Shown here one piece after another: positions 1 through 10,976 of a stretch of DNA of 64,000 nt; position 1 is the stretch's first letter; each line of letters begins with the position of its first letter. The position numbers were made by a program, and so were the translations under genes. Under the pieces are notes generated by a model. The model was given only the letters and a program-made list of their open reading frames with translations, was not told where the DNA came from and ran no database searches. The stretch is from an uncultured bacterium (GTDB lineage Bacteria > Desulfobacterota_D > UBA1144 > Nemesobacterales > UBA2774), in the NCBI GenBank assembly GCA_963705505.1, contig CAVPJU010000006.1:512001-576000 (forward strand), read 5' to 3'.

Positions 1-2
1 AG

Positions 3-875
3 CTCGCCGCCGACAGGGAAAAATGCATAAACGAGCTGAGGACTCTATTAGAAGAGTGCGACCGTAAGCCCGGAATAAAGAGGGGCGAGAGGGACCTTCT
101 CAGAAGACTCGTTTTGCTCCTCGAAGCGTATATAAAGGCCGAAGCCCGTATAAAAAACCGCTTTATAAAAGCCAACCTGAGACTCGTCGCGAGCCTGGCT
201 AAGAAATATGTCGGCAGGGGCATCCCCTTTCTCGATTTAATACAGGAAGGGAACATGGGTCTTATAAAAGCAGTTGAAAGGTTCGATCATACGAGAGGCT
301 ACAGATTTTCGACCTACGCCTGCTGGTGGATTAATCAGGCGATGATAAGGGGTATCTTCAACCAGACGAGGACTGTGAAGATACCCGCCTACGTTCTGGA
401 GAAGGCGGGGAAGGTCTGGACGGAGCGCGCGAGGTTCGTGGAGGAGAGTGGAAGGGAGCCTTATCCTCACGAGATCGCGGGTACGGTCGATATGAGCGTT
501 GAGAACGTAAGGCAGATCCTTGAATCCGGAAACGGGGCAAATATGGTGAGGCTCGATTCTCCGGTCTGGGCCGGGGAAAGAGCTACTTATATGGATTATA
601 TCCCCGATGCGGATAGCATGCCTGTGGATTCATTGATCGCCGAGGTCTCGATCCCCGAAAGCGTCGGGCAGGCATTGGATATGCTGGATATGAGGGAAAG
701 GGAGATTGTAAGGATGAGGTTCGGGATCGGATACCAGAGCTCGTTCACACTCGACGAGATAGGGAAGAGGTTCAACCTCACGAGGGAGAGAATAAGGCAG
801 ATTGAAAAGAAGGCCCTTTCGACCATAAGGCATTCCGAGTCCGCTCCTGCGCTCAAGAGCCTGATCGAACATTGA
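3..875 (+). CDS. Sigma-70 factor, RpoD/RpoS-type (5' truncated by window edge)
   Basis: Frame open from base 3; region 2 motifs [41 protein letters not shown] and region 4 [16 protein letters not shown]. Confidence 0.9.
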   Translation, partial: LAADREKCINELRTLLEECDRKPGIKRGERDLLRRLVLLLEAYIKAEARIKNRFIKANLRLVASLAKKYVGRGIPFLDLIQEGNMGLIKAVERFDHTRGYRFSTYACWWINQAMIRGIFNQTRTVKIPAYVLEKAGKVWTERARFVEESGREPYPHEIAGTVDMSVENVRQILESGNGANMVRLDSPVWAGERATYMDYIPDADSMPVDSLIAEVSIPESVGQALDMLDMREREIVRMRFGIGYQSSFTLDEIGKRFNLTRERIRQIEKKALSTIRHSESAPALKSLIEH

Positions 876-1055
876 TGATCGCCCGATATTAGTTGACCAA
901 AATCAATCGGCCGGAGCTCAATCCGCATATTCCGGCTCCGGGCGGTCAATTTGATCCTTTCTACCAAAATCGGATAATATGTTGGGATAACCGGGTATTA
1001 CGTGATTTTTATCGTCGTTGCCGGTTACTTTCGCTCGTAATTTTATTAAAACCTC

Positions 1056-1099
1056 TTGACAATATCGTTTGGGGCGTTAATATTTTACCAACTGGTCAA
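1056..1099 (+). promoter_or_regulatory. Sigma-70 promoter with adjacent putative TetR operator
   Basis: TTGACA (1056-1061), 16 bp, TAATAT (1078-1083), then imperfect palindrome TTTACC-AACT-GGTCAA (1084-1099) resembling a NemR-type TAGACC-N4-GGTCTA box. Confidence 0.6.
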
Positions 1100-1118
1100 C
1101 TAATAGGTGATGTGATAA

Positions 1119-1748
1119 ATGGGACGTACGAGTGACACAAAAGAAAATCTCATAAACAGCGCAATAGAGCTCATCGGGAATCGCAGCTATAACGCCGTCG
1201 GGGTTCAGGAGCTTTGCGAGCACGCGGGCGTCAAGAAGGGGAGCTTCTATCATTTCTTCCCTTCGAAACGAGATCTCACATTGGAAGCGCTGGACCTGAT
1301 ATGGAAGAAATTCAAAGAAGAGACTCTCGACCCCGTTTTTAATTCCGATGCATCGGCACTCGAGAAGTTTGAGACACTGCTCAGGAGGTCTTATGAATAC
1401 CAGTCCGGCAGAAAAGACTGCGTCGGATGCATGACCGGCTGCGGGTTCGGGAATCTGGCCCTGGAATTGAGCACACAGGATGAAGCGATAAGGAAGAAAA
1501 TCGAGGAGATATTCTGCGAATGGACCAGGTATTTAGAGGGAGTAATCGTTCAAGCCGTCAATGAGGGGGTCTTGCCCCCTGAAACGGACCCCCCGGCCAC
1601 ATCCCAGGCAATGGTTGCCTATATCGAAGGGGTGTTCTTATTGGGTAAGACTTTTAACGACCCGTGCATGATAAACCGGCTTGGCGAGGGGGTATTGCAG
1701 CTGTGTATAGCAAAAAAAGAGACGGCTGATACATGTTCTGCAAATTAG
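1119..1748 (+). CDS. TetR/AcrR family regulator, NemR-like, Cys-rich
   Basis: HTH GVQELCEHAGVKKGSFYHFFPSK; C-terminal GCGFGNLALE motif. Confidence 0.9.
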   Translation: MGRTSDTKENLINSAIELIGNRSYNAVGVQELCEHAGVKKGSFYHFFPSKRDLTLEALDLIWKKFKEETLDPVFNSDASALEKFETLLRRSYEYQSGRKDCVGCMTGCGFGNLALELSTQDEAIRKKIEEIFCEWTRYLEGVIVQAVNEGVLPPETDPPATSQAMVAYIEGVFLLGKTFNDPCMINRLGEGVLQLCIAKKETADTCSAN

Positions 1749-1821
1749 GGGGTCTTTAATATATTTTTGTTTAATCGTAAATAGACCGGTCAACTATACT
1801 TTTAGTCAGGAGGTATCAATT

Positions 1822-2511
1822 ATGAAAACCGCTGGATTAGTTGATGAAAGGATGCTCTCGGTGTTAAGTCCGGCGAAAAACGCCCGATCGGGGGTTAAAC
1901 ATGAGATAAACAGCCTGTTCGATGAAGAGCTTGTGGGCATGTTCGTAAACGGCAGGGACGAGGACGCATTTAACGAACTTGTAAACAGGTACAGCGACAA
2001 GGTTTACAGGCTTGCTTACAGGATCACGAATAACCAGAATGACGCGGAGGAGGTCCTTCAGGAGGTGTTCCTGATCCTTATAGAAAAGCTCTCCACGTTC
2101 AGAAAGGAGTCCAGGTTCTCGACATGGCTTTACAGGGTTGCCTCGAACGCGAGCTTCATGTATCTGAGAAACCAGAAGAGGAGCAGGGAGAAGGAGACGA
2201 GTCTCGACGACTATAAGCCTTATAACGATTACGGTGTGCTCGAAGGGGTCGAGGAGAGGGATTGGAGCGGCAGGCCCGATTCGCAGCTCCTGAGCGCGGA
2301 AGGGACGCAGTTGATAGAAAAAGCGATAAGCGAGCTGCCCGAGGAATACAGAGTCGTTTTTCACATGAAGGATATAGAGCGTCTTACGAGTAAAGAGATC
2401 GCAGAGGCATTGGGGCTTTCGATTCCCGCGGTTAAATCGAGGGTGCTGAGGTCAAGGCTCTTTTTGAGGGATAAGCTGTCTGAGTATTATTCCGAGCTCG
2501 GTAACGGGTGA
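1822..2511 (+). CDS. ECF sigma-70 factor (RpoE/SigW-like)
   Basis: AFNELVNRY, DAEEVLQEVF, SRFSTWLYRVA, EIAEALGLSIPAVKSRVLRSR; AGGAGG RBS upstream. Confidence 0.9.
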   Translation: MKTAGLVDERMLSVLSPAKNARSGVKHEINSLFDEELVGMFVNGRDEDAFNELVNRYSDKVYRLAYRITNNQNDAEEVLQEVFLILIEKLSTFRKESRFSTWLYRVASNASFMYLRNQKRSREKETSLDDYKPYNDYGVLEGVEERDWSGRPDSQLLSAEGTQLIEKAISELPEEYRVVFHMKDIERLTSKEIAEALGLSIPAVKSRVLRSRLFLRDKLSEYYSELGNG

Positions 2512-2512
2512 A

Positions 2513-2833
2513 TTATTCCCGCACTGCGTCGACGAGTATGGACTCCAATTCCCCGCTTTGGTCCATTTCGACGCATATATCGCAGCCGCCTACGAATTTC
2601 CCGCCGACATAGAGCTGGGGGATAGTGGGCCAGCTCGAGTACTCTTTGATCCCCTGCCTGATCTCGGGGTCCGCAAGCACGTCCACAGTCTCGTAATCGA
2701 CGCCGTAAGAGTTCAATATCTGCACGACTTTTGCGGAAAACCCGCACTGCGGCATTTCCTTGTTCCCTTTCATGTATAAGACTACTTTGTTCTTGGCGAT
2801 CTGCGATTCTATTTTCTTCATTGTGTCTTCCAT
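2513..2833 (-). CDS. grxD: Monothiol glutaredoxin, Grx4 family
   Basis: PQCGFS active site, [13 protein letters not shown]. Confidence 0.95.
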   Translation of the reverse strand: MEDTMKKIESQIAKNKVVLYMKGNKEMPQCGFSAKVVQILNSYGVDYETVDVLADPEIRQGIKEYSSWPTIPQLYVGGKFVGGCDICVEMDQSGELESILVDAVRE

Positions 2834-2904
2834 TTATTCTGTCTCCCTATTCAGATGCAAAAAAATACGATTCCGCGAGCCTTCGTCCGGTCCGCCTTCC
2901 GGGA

Positions 2905-3141
2905 CTATTTAATCTTTTCCCACTGCTCGGGCGTAAAGGTTTTAAGAGAAAGAGCATGAATCCTCTCTTTCATGGCTTCACCTAACACCCCGTATACTAA
3001 CTTATGACGCTCGAGGAGCGTCTTTCCGATAAAGGTGTCGGAGACGATTACGGCTTCGAAGTGTGTGCCGTCGCCGTCTACCTCGACCGATGCCCCCGGC
3101 ATTCCTGTTTCTATTATTGCTTTGATTTCGTCGGGTTCCAT
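2905..3141 (-). CDS. bolA: BolA/IbaG family Fe-S metabolism protein
   Basis: GDGTHFEAVIVS, RHKLVY, IHALSLKTFTPE; adjacent to grxD. Confidence 0.9.
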   Translation of the reverse strand: MEPDEIKAIIETGMPGASVEVDGDGTHFEAVIVSDTFIGKTLLERHKLVYGVLGEAMKERIHALSLKTFTPEQWEKIK

Positions 3142-3234
3142 TACGGTTAGTATAAATGTTTTTAGGCCCCTTTCAAGAAACGGGAGCGGCAGGGGGCTAT
3201 TGAAACGGGGGGTATATAAACCTATAATTCGAGC

Positions 3235-3444
3235 ATGAGCTTGAGGACCGTTATCACGATAATCGTACTTATACTGCTCGTCTTCGGGGTATCGAAATTT
3301 TTAGGGTATCTCGGGGAAAAGCATGATCCGTCAAATTCTTATCTGGGAGAGATGGTTCATACGACAAAAAAAGTCAGGCAGATGAAGGAAGAGAGGTCTG
3401 AGCTCATAAAGAAGCAGGAAAAAACCCTCCTCGATCAGGAATAA
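3235..3444 (+). CDS. Small hypothetical protein with N-terminal transmembrane helix
   Basis: Hydrophobic N-terminus and charged tail; fills the gap between genes. Confidence 0.55.
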   Translation: MSLRTVITIIVLILLVFGVSKFLGYLGEKHDPSNSYLGEMVHTTKKVRQMKEERSELIKKQEKTLLDQE

Positions 3445-3520
3445 ACACCGGTCGTACGATACCTTTCCTTCGCCCGCGCTATATCGATTAATCAGCACGG
3501 ATAATATATAGTTTGGAGGG

Positions 3521-3922
3521 ATGCCCCGGCTTGAGAAAGTCGAAGCGTCGAATCGAGCGATGAGCAAGTACGGAGTAAGCCCGGGGAAGGAAAGAGCCCT
3601 CGTCGAGAAGATGACGGAACTCGGAATTCATGAAGATGACCTCGAGGAGACGTTCGTAAGGTCGGGGGGACCCGGCGGGCAGAATGTCAATAAGGTTTCT
3701 ACGTGTGTTCGATTGAAGCATATTCCAACGGGTATCATCGTCAGAGCGGAAAAAGACCGTTCTCAGGGGCTCAACCGCTTTCTTGCGCGGAGGATACTGG
3801 TATCGAGGATCGAGGAGAGGCTATACGGCAAGGCGTCCACGGAGGAGCTCAGGAGGGAGAAGATAAGAAAACAGAAAAAGCGGAGGGAGAGGAGGGCAAA
3901 AGCCAAATCAGCGCCGGAGTAA
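3521..3922 (+). CDS. Peptide chain release factor-like ribosome-rescue protein (GGQ domain plus basic tail)
   Basis: [37 protein letters not shown]-rich C-terminus. Confidence 0.85.
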   Translation: MPRLEKVEASNRAMSKYGVSPGKERALVEKMTELGIHEDDLEETFVRSGGPGGQNVNKVSTCVRLKHIPTGIIVRAEKDRSQGLNRFLARRILVSRIEERLYGKASTEELRREKIRKQKKRRERRAKAKSAPE

Positions 3923-3955
3923 ATACGTTCCTTCGCTCCGGCGAATCATGACCGT

Positions 3956-5473
3956 TTAATTTTTCACCTTGTAAAATTTGTAACCGTCGATCTCCTTCTC
4001 GAATACGTAATTTTCGTCTATAAACTTATCGAGATAATCGAAGTGGTTGATTTCTTCCTTGTGTTTCCCGTCATAAAAAACTACGTATTCAGGTTTGTTG
4101 TTGGTTAATTCCTGTGGGACGGAGTCTTTAAGATTTAAAATTTCCTGCATAATTGCCTGATGCTTCGGCCACCAGAAGTGTTTTATCGGCGCCCTTCTGT
4201 CAGCGAGGAAATAGATAATGGGCTGACCGCCGATCAATAAAACAGTATCGTCTTTAGATGTATTATTCTTTATATATTCGGCGACTTCATAGGAAGCGCC
4301 TGATTCAAACCACTCTTCATCCGTGCTCTTCATGTCTTTGACGGCCTGCGTTACCGGTGACTGGATCATGAACGCAACAAAAATAACGATAATGAATGCT
4401 TCTACGTATCTCCGGTTTAATCCGAGCTTCGATATACCGAGAGCGATCAAGAGCGAATAGGGTAAGCTCATCTGGAGGTAGTAATGGGGGTACATACGCC
4501 TGCCCCACAATACGCCGACGAAGGACAAGACCGCCAGAGCTATAAGGAATAAAAGTTTATCTTTTTCCTCTTTCCCGAATTTCTTTCTAACGAGAAATAT
4601 GAGAATCAATATCGTGAACGCGATAGCCAGCAGGGTAATCAGGTCGTGATTCACGAGAATTGTGCCGTAAAGAAAATAGTACAGGTAAAAGAGAACATCT
4701 TTGACTGGAACTATGCTTGTGTATTTGTTGTTGACGACAAAATATGTGTAATAGAAATCGTGAATAGCGCCGTGAATCCCGAAGTAAAGGGTGAGAGCTA
4801 TAATCACGGCAAAGAAACCCAGGGAGAAACAGATCGTCTCTTTGATAAACGATTTAATATCGAACGAGCCGGGCTTCAGATTTCTATAGATTATGAATAA
4901 CGGGACGACCATGATTGAAAATACGGCCGTGGCTTTCATAAAAAAAGCGGCCGCAGAAAGGATTCCGCTTAACACCAGCATCAGCGCGCCGCCTTTATCT
5001 TCATAATTTAGAAAACATAAAATGGCCAGAATTACAGGCAGCATCATAAAGAGCTCGCCGTTTGAGGCATACCCCCCGAATACAGGCGTAATGAAAAACA
5101 AACCGTAGATTAAAGGCGGTATGAGGGTGGTAAAACCGCGAAAAAACTTTCTGGCCAGTAAATAGACGAAAAACACGGACAGCAGTAAATACAGTGTGGT
5201 ATAAATCCGGAGAGCGGGAATGCTGTCGTCGAAAAGAAGGATTACGGGTACGAATATAAAGAATAGTAACGGTCCCTTGGTATCCCAGGAAGTCTGATAC
5301 GGCACACCGCCGTGAACTATATCCTGGGCTATCTTAAAATAAACCGACTCGTCCCAGTCTATCACTAATATGTGAATGATTGTCAGCCTGAGTGCGAAAA
5401 TAATAAGCAGAATGAAAAATAACCAGACATATTCACGGGTTATCGAGTTATCTGCCTGCAATTTGTTGAGCAT
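3956..5473 (-). CDS. GT-C membrane glycosyltransferase, ArnT/PMT-like
   Basis: DWDESVY, PYQTSWDTKGP after the first TM helix; many TM segments; YPHYY motif; soluble C-terminal domain. Confidence 0.8.
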   Translation of the reverse strand: MLNKLQADNSITREYVWLFFILLIIFALRLTIIHILVIDWDESVYFKIAQDIVHGGVPYQTSWDTKGPLLFFIFVPVILLFDDSIPALRIYTTLYLLLSVFFVYLLARKFFRGFTTLIPPLIYGLFFITPVFGGYASNGELFMMLPVILAILCFLNYEDKGGALMLVLSGILSAAAFFMKATAVFSIMVVPLFIIYRNLKPGSFDIKSFIKETICFSLGFFAVIIALTLYFGIHGAIHDFYYTYFVVNNKYTSIVPVKDVLFYLYYFLYGTILVNHDLITLLAIAFTILILIFLVRKKFGKEEKDKLLFLIALAVLSFVGVLWGRRMYPHYYLQMSLPYSLLIALGISKLGLNRRYVEAFIIVIFVAFMIQSPVTQAVKDMKSTDEEWFESGASYEVAEYIKNNTSKDDTVLLIGGQPIIYFLADRRAPIKHFWWPKHQAIMQEILNLKDSVPQELTNNKPEYVVFYDGKHKEEINHFDYLDKFIDENYVFEKEIDGYKFYKVKN

Positions 5474-5857
5474 GAGTTTCCGGGTTCGTATTATTCGTTC
5501 GAAGCCTATTCATCATACACCTTATACTCATTAGTGGGAAATCCTCGGCTTTTTATCCCATCAGATTGTTTAATGCTCTCCCGGTTGAAATGTAAGCTAT
5601 TTTACGTTCGCCGGGAGCCTGCCGGGCACCAGACTATATTAATATAGGAGTCGATATTTTTGAAGTCCTATAATCGGTTTATTAAAAAATTCGGATTTCC
5701 GTCATCGAGAACCGATCTGACAGCAAACAGACGCGCTTACGTGCCGGGGCGGACTAGTTGAATAGATATATCGGCTCCGGCGTGCCCAATTAACCGATCA
5801 TACCCCTTACCGGCGCACGGTCAGAGATTCGCGGTTATAATTATCATATTAATTTTT

Positions 5858-5887
5858 TTGACAATTTACTCTTGTAGGCTTTAAAAT
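5858..5887 (+). promoter_or_regulatory. Putative sigma-70 promoter of the G8 gene
   Basis: TTGACA (5858-5863), 18 bp, TAAAAT (5882-5887); AAGGAGGA RBS at 5933-5940. Confidence 0.55.
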
Positions 5888-5949
5888 TAGTTTCTGTAAA
5901 GGGTTCCTGAGCCACCTGACAGAGCTCTAATGAAGGAGGATATTCAACC

Positions 5950-8900
5950 GTGACGAGATTCAGGAGCTATATCCCGCTTGTTATTTTAGTGATTTTTTTA
6001 TTAACGATCTTATTAGTGTTAGGACCTTCAAGGTTCATCAACACAGTTAAAGGCGATTCGAAGCGATTCTTTGGGGGTGCGCACTGAGAATGACTTCGCG
6101 AACGACTCTAGTTTATTCGCCATCCCCGATGAGGATATAGTAGCGGTCTTCCTAGAGACCGCGGACTGCAACGTTCTGCAAAGCGATACGGGCGGACGGG
6201 GGTACGACATAATCCCGTACAGGTACACGTCTTCGATGGAGCAGACGTTCTGCTGGGAGGACGGTAACAAAGCTGCGGGGCATTACATGGTGCTCGTGAA
6301 CGACGAAGGGGTCGAGATGCTTCAGGTCCATGCAAACGGGGACTGCGTAACTAAGGTAATAGAACCCGGCGATTATGAGATGAGGGTTTACCACGACGAC
6401 GAGTCTCAGAAGAATATAGCGGTATTCATAGCGCCCGAAGACGGGAAATCGATGCTCAGCACCGCGCCGGGTGAGGCATTGAAGAATATCTCGACAATTC
6501 TGGATACGGACAAGTGTGAAGGATGCGATCTGAGCGGGGCTAATTTTTTCGGGGCGGACCTGAGCGGAGTGGACCTGAGCGGGGCTAAGCTCAACGATGC
6601 GATCTTTGCGAATGCGAATCTGAGCGGGGCTAACCTGAAGGGGGCTAAGCTTAAGAATGCCGACCTCACACGCGCGAACCTGAAGGGGGCAAATTTAACG
6701 GGTGCGGATTTGACAGGCGCGATTTTAATCAGCGCCGATTTATCCGATGCCGATTTATCCGATGCCAACCTGGCAAACGCGGATACGACTGACGCCAATT
6801 TCGGCGGTACGGGCACGACCGGAACATTCACCGCAAACACGGGACGTAATGAAGTAGTTACGGGGGATGAAAGCGAGCCGGGTGTCGATCTCAACGCCGA
6901 GCCTGATTCGTGTCCGGGCGGAAAGCTGACGCCCGGTGACGGGACCAAAGACCTTTTGATATCCACTACGTGCACGGTCAGTGGAGGAGTTTACCTATAT
7001 CAGAACGTAAACGTCATAAAGAACGGGAAGCTGAGCTTCACCGACGACGGCTCGGAGATACACTTCTGGGCCAAGTCGATACTCGTCGAGAACGACGGGG
7101 AAATATCCGCAGGAACTACGACAACACCTTTCGGGAAAAACAAGGGCGTCCTCACTATCCACCTTTACGGAATGGATAGCGACAAGACCGGTATCACATG
7201 CAAAAGCCCCCAGCAAACCTCCGCGGCTCCTCCCTGCGGTATAGACAAGACCGCGTGGGAATCGAAAGGAGCATCACCAGTTCCGCTCCCGGGCAGCGTA
7301 ACGGATCGTTTCTACCAGTATGTGCAGCACGATAACACGATGGGCGAAACGGGTTTCTTCGGAAGGAAGGTGCTTGCGGTTTCCTTCGGCGGGACGTTGA
7401 AGCTATACGGCAATAAGGGGGCTAAATACGGGGACGGCATTCCGAATTACGACTCGGGGACGAGCTGGGTAAGGCTCAAGAACGATAAAGACGCATCCAA
7501 GACTCTAATCTTTCTCGACCGTGACGTGGATTGGGAAGCAGGGGACCGAATAGTTGTCACTACGACGGATTACCTCCCCGGACATTCCGAGGAGCTCCAG
7601 ATTGTAAAGAAAGAGGGTCCGAGAAAGCTCAGGGTCACAATCGTAGACCCCGCAACGAATATGCCGCCTGCCGGTTGTGTTGCTGATATGCCCGACATCA
7701 TCGAAGTGCGGACTCAAGTGGGTGCACAACGGGGACCTGTACCCGGACGATAATTTCAACTTCAATAGCGGCGATCTCGCGAGGCTTCAGCTGAATGTAA
7801 AGATCGCCAACGGCGGTGTTGACAACGGGAAGGCGCTCGCCGAGACGCGCGCGGCGGTCGCTCTCCTCTCCCGCAGCATACGCGTAGTGTCGGCTGGGGA
7901 CAGCATCCCTGCCGGAGCGGGGAGGATGTGCAAATTCGACTGCTTCCCGACGGGTTATTACGGCGGTCAGACGATGTTCAGACAAGGTATCAAGCTCGTT
8001 CAGGTACAGGGCGTCGAGTTCTACCAGCTGGGGCAGGGCGGACGGAAGGGACGCTATCCGGTTCATTTTCACCTTCTTCGTAAAGCCCCCGCTACAACCT
8101 TCGTGAAGGACTCATCGGTCAACGAGTCCATGACGCGCTGGTTTACACTCCACGGCACACAGGGCGTAACCCTCGCCAGGAACGTGGGCTGGAAGTCCAT
8201 AGGGCACGGGTATTACCTTGAGGACGGGACGGAGACAGACAATAAGCTATATTCGAACATCGGGATATTCGCCCGGGCTGCTATAGACAACACACAGAAC
8301 CCCCGCAAGGTCCCGGGGATCCTGGCATATACCGCGAACAAGGAAGTTACCACGGACGTCCCTTACCATTCCGATTACGCGCAGCCGGCTGTGTTCTGGA
8401 TAATGAACGGCTGGAACGATATCGAGTACAACATGGCCGCCGGTGCGAACGCGTGCGGAATATGCTACTGGTGGCTGCCGGGGGCGATAAGCGGCATGTC
8501 ACAGGACCAGAAGTGGGAATCCTATGCATCGCAGCAGAGTAATCTGGGCAGGGCGGGCCTTACGCCGCTTAAGGACTTTAAGGGGAATTACTGCTCGTCG
8601 GCGATGAACGCATTTAATTCCATACAAGATATCAGCAGTTGTAACGGCGTCGGCGGTCCCGGCGGGACGTTCCCGATCTTCGAGCCTGTAACCGTGGGGA
8701 ACCTATCACCAGCGCCTAAACGGGGGGAGGAGGCGGAGAAATATTATCCCAAGGTGTCCGGCGGGCATAATCCGACGAGGTGCGACCAGACGGACTGCAG
8801 TAATGCACCCGTCTGCACCCCGGGCGACCGAAAGAATTGCATCGTCGCGGTTCTCGACAGGTTTACGACAGCGTTTAACTGGGCCGAGACGAATTTCTCC

Positions 8901-10835
8901 GCTATATGGCTACGCCCGCGGTGGTATCTTGTTATTAACAGCGTGATCTCGGACGTGCAAAACGCGGGCCTGACATTCGTGACAGGCGGCGACTATACGG
9001 AGTCTAATTTCTTCCCCGGACAGTGGCAGCTTGCGAGACAGAGCGTCTTTATAGGGCAAACGCAGCCCAATAACCCCCTGGCGTCGGCCGCAGGACCAGT
9101 CAATAAGGGTACGAGTCTTAAATGCGAGGACCAGACCAACGGCGTCGTGGTCAATAATTACTGTTTATTGAGGGACGAGGGGATTAGCATACCGTTATCA
9201 AATTACGCGAACAACCAGAGGATGTTCAATATATACGACGGCCCCAGCTTTGAAGACTCGAACGCCTTTTTAGATATCAAAAAGTCGGTTATAGACGATT
9301 GCACAGTCGGACAGGGGAGCTGTTCGTCGAATAAGTCGATGTACGGAAGGGTTCCGCTCATGCCCTATGACAAAAAGAAGAATCAGTGTTATCTACCGAA
9401 CGCGGCAATCGCCTGGAAACAACCAAACGGGTTTTACTATCCCCCCGCGTTCCACTCGTCGAACCTCTATTTCCGCGATAACGTCGATATCCGGCACTTC
9501 GTAATAGAACCGTTGTTCGTACCGGACGGCAAGTTCGCGTTTCAGAGCGACGACGCCCGCGTCAAGACGAACTACTGTACCTTCGCGCTTAACAACCCCG
9601 AGGGTGTCGGGGGATCGTTCGGTAATTTCTCGGCTATAGACAGGCAGACCATACTCAACGACGACGACGGCTCGCTCACCGGACTCAAGAACACGATATC
9701 TGTAAACGAGGACCCGTTTTTTAACGCTCCCACGGAAACACTCGAGTGCCGGTCCGAGGAAACGGCCAGAACGAGTCCTTACGACTACGTGACGACCGTG
9801 GTGTATCCGGGCTGCGTGGAGAAAGGGGACTGCGGGGGACACTGCCGCATAGACGGCAAAATCTGCGCAATCGATGACAACTGCGCCAAGATACCGGACA
9901 AGGACAACTCGTGCAATCTGGAAGGCGCGTTCTGGGGCGGCGATTGCGGAAGCTCTTTCTGTTACGGCGTCCCGCTTTATAGACAGCTCCTTACCCAAAA
10001 TGAAGTAGGCAACAAATCGGGCGCGCAAATCCGCATGATGGGGATGAACTTCTTCCAGCGGAGCAACCTGACGGCAAATCACGGAGTTTATTACATCGAT
10101 ACGACCGTTTCACAAGCGAACCAGCTGGCAGGACTGCAGCTTCCGGGAGGCCAAAAGCCCACTTTTAATGTCTTTAAGGGTAATGAGACGTATTATGTAC
10201 TCCTCATATTCGCCAAGGACACTACGAAGCAGACGTATCTTATACCCGTCGGGAACGGGTTCGACCCTGAAAAGGACGTAAACGGAATAAGCTCGCCTCT
10301 TAAAAAGAGCCGTCCGCTTGACGTTAACTCCATAGCCTGGCCGGGTAAATGGGTCAGAAAATGGTATAAAGACGACCCCTCGACAGGAATTGTGGAAGTA
10401 ACGGTGGATCTGGCCGATTTCAAAACGAAGTTCGATAACGCCAGAATGGATAGATGTAAGCCGGAGAGCTTCTGTACGTGGACCGGATCGGCAGCGACGG
10501 GTTCATGCGGATGCTCGGATCAGCTTAAGGCAAGTAATCCGGATCTCTACGCAGAATGTACGAAAACGCTCGGCGACAATAAGAATACGGTTTGCAGCTG
10601 GGCTGTCAGGGCTGTCGATTGCCCCGAGGGCGGCTGTGTCGGATTTTCTTTCAAGCTGCCGACAGATCCACCGGCAGAGCCATTGCCTCCTCCGGCCCCG
10701 TGCTGCTTCCCGGATAATTCCGACTGGAACGTGAACTTCAGTCCGGTGGGACAGAACATTGCCGGAAACTGTCAGGACAGCAATCCGCCTAAGCCTGTAT
10801 TCTGCACTGCACCGGTTTGTCCGGTGGGGTTATGA
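5950..10835 (+). CDS. Large secreted or anchored protein: pentapeptide repeats + G8 domain + TMEM2/CEMIP-like beta-helix + Cys-rich C-terminus (two frameshifts, ~1,627 aa corrected)
   Basis: GTG at 5950 after a strong RBS gives a hydrophobic leader; +1 shifts near 6022 and 7691-7693 join ORFs 6071-7753 and 7677-10835. Motifs: A(D/N)LxG repeats, WEAGDRIVVTTTDY, RAAVALLSRSIRV, GRYPVHFH, GHGYYLEDGTE. Confidence 0.8.
6523..6808 (+). repeat. Pentapeptide repeat array within the CDS
   Basis: Translation CDLSG-ANFFG-ADLSG-VDLSG-AKLND-AIFAN-ANLSG-ANLKG..., with 15-bp DNA periodicity. Confidence 0.9.
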
Positions 10836-10867
10836 AGCGAAAACCGTTCTAAGTAAAGCAATTAAAC

Positions 10868-10895
10868 GGCTGCCGGCCATATTCGGCCGGCAGCC
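10868..10895. terminator. GC-rich hairpin between convergent genes
   Basis: Perfect 11-bp stem GGCTGCCGGCC-ATATTC-GGCCGGCAGCC; U tracts are weak. Confidence 0.55.
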
Positions 10896-10976
10896 TTCAT
10901 TGGGATGTAAATCCTCTCTCAAATTATCTCTATGCGGTACCGGGTTAATTTCATCTGCAACACATAAAAAATTAAT

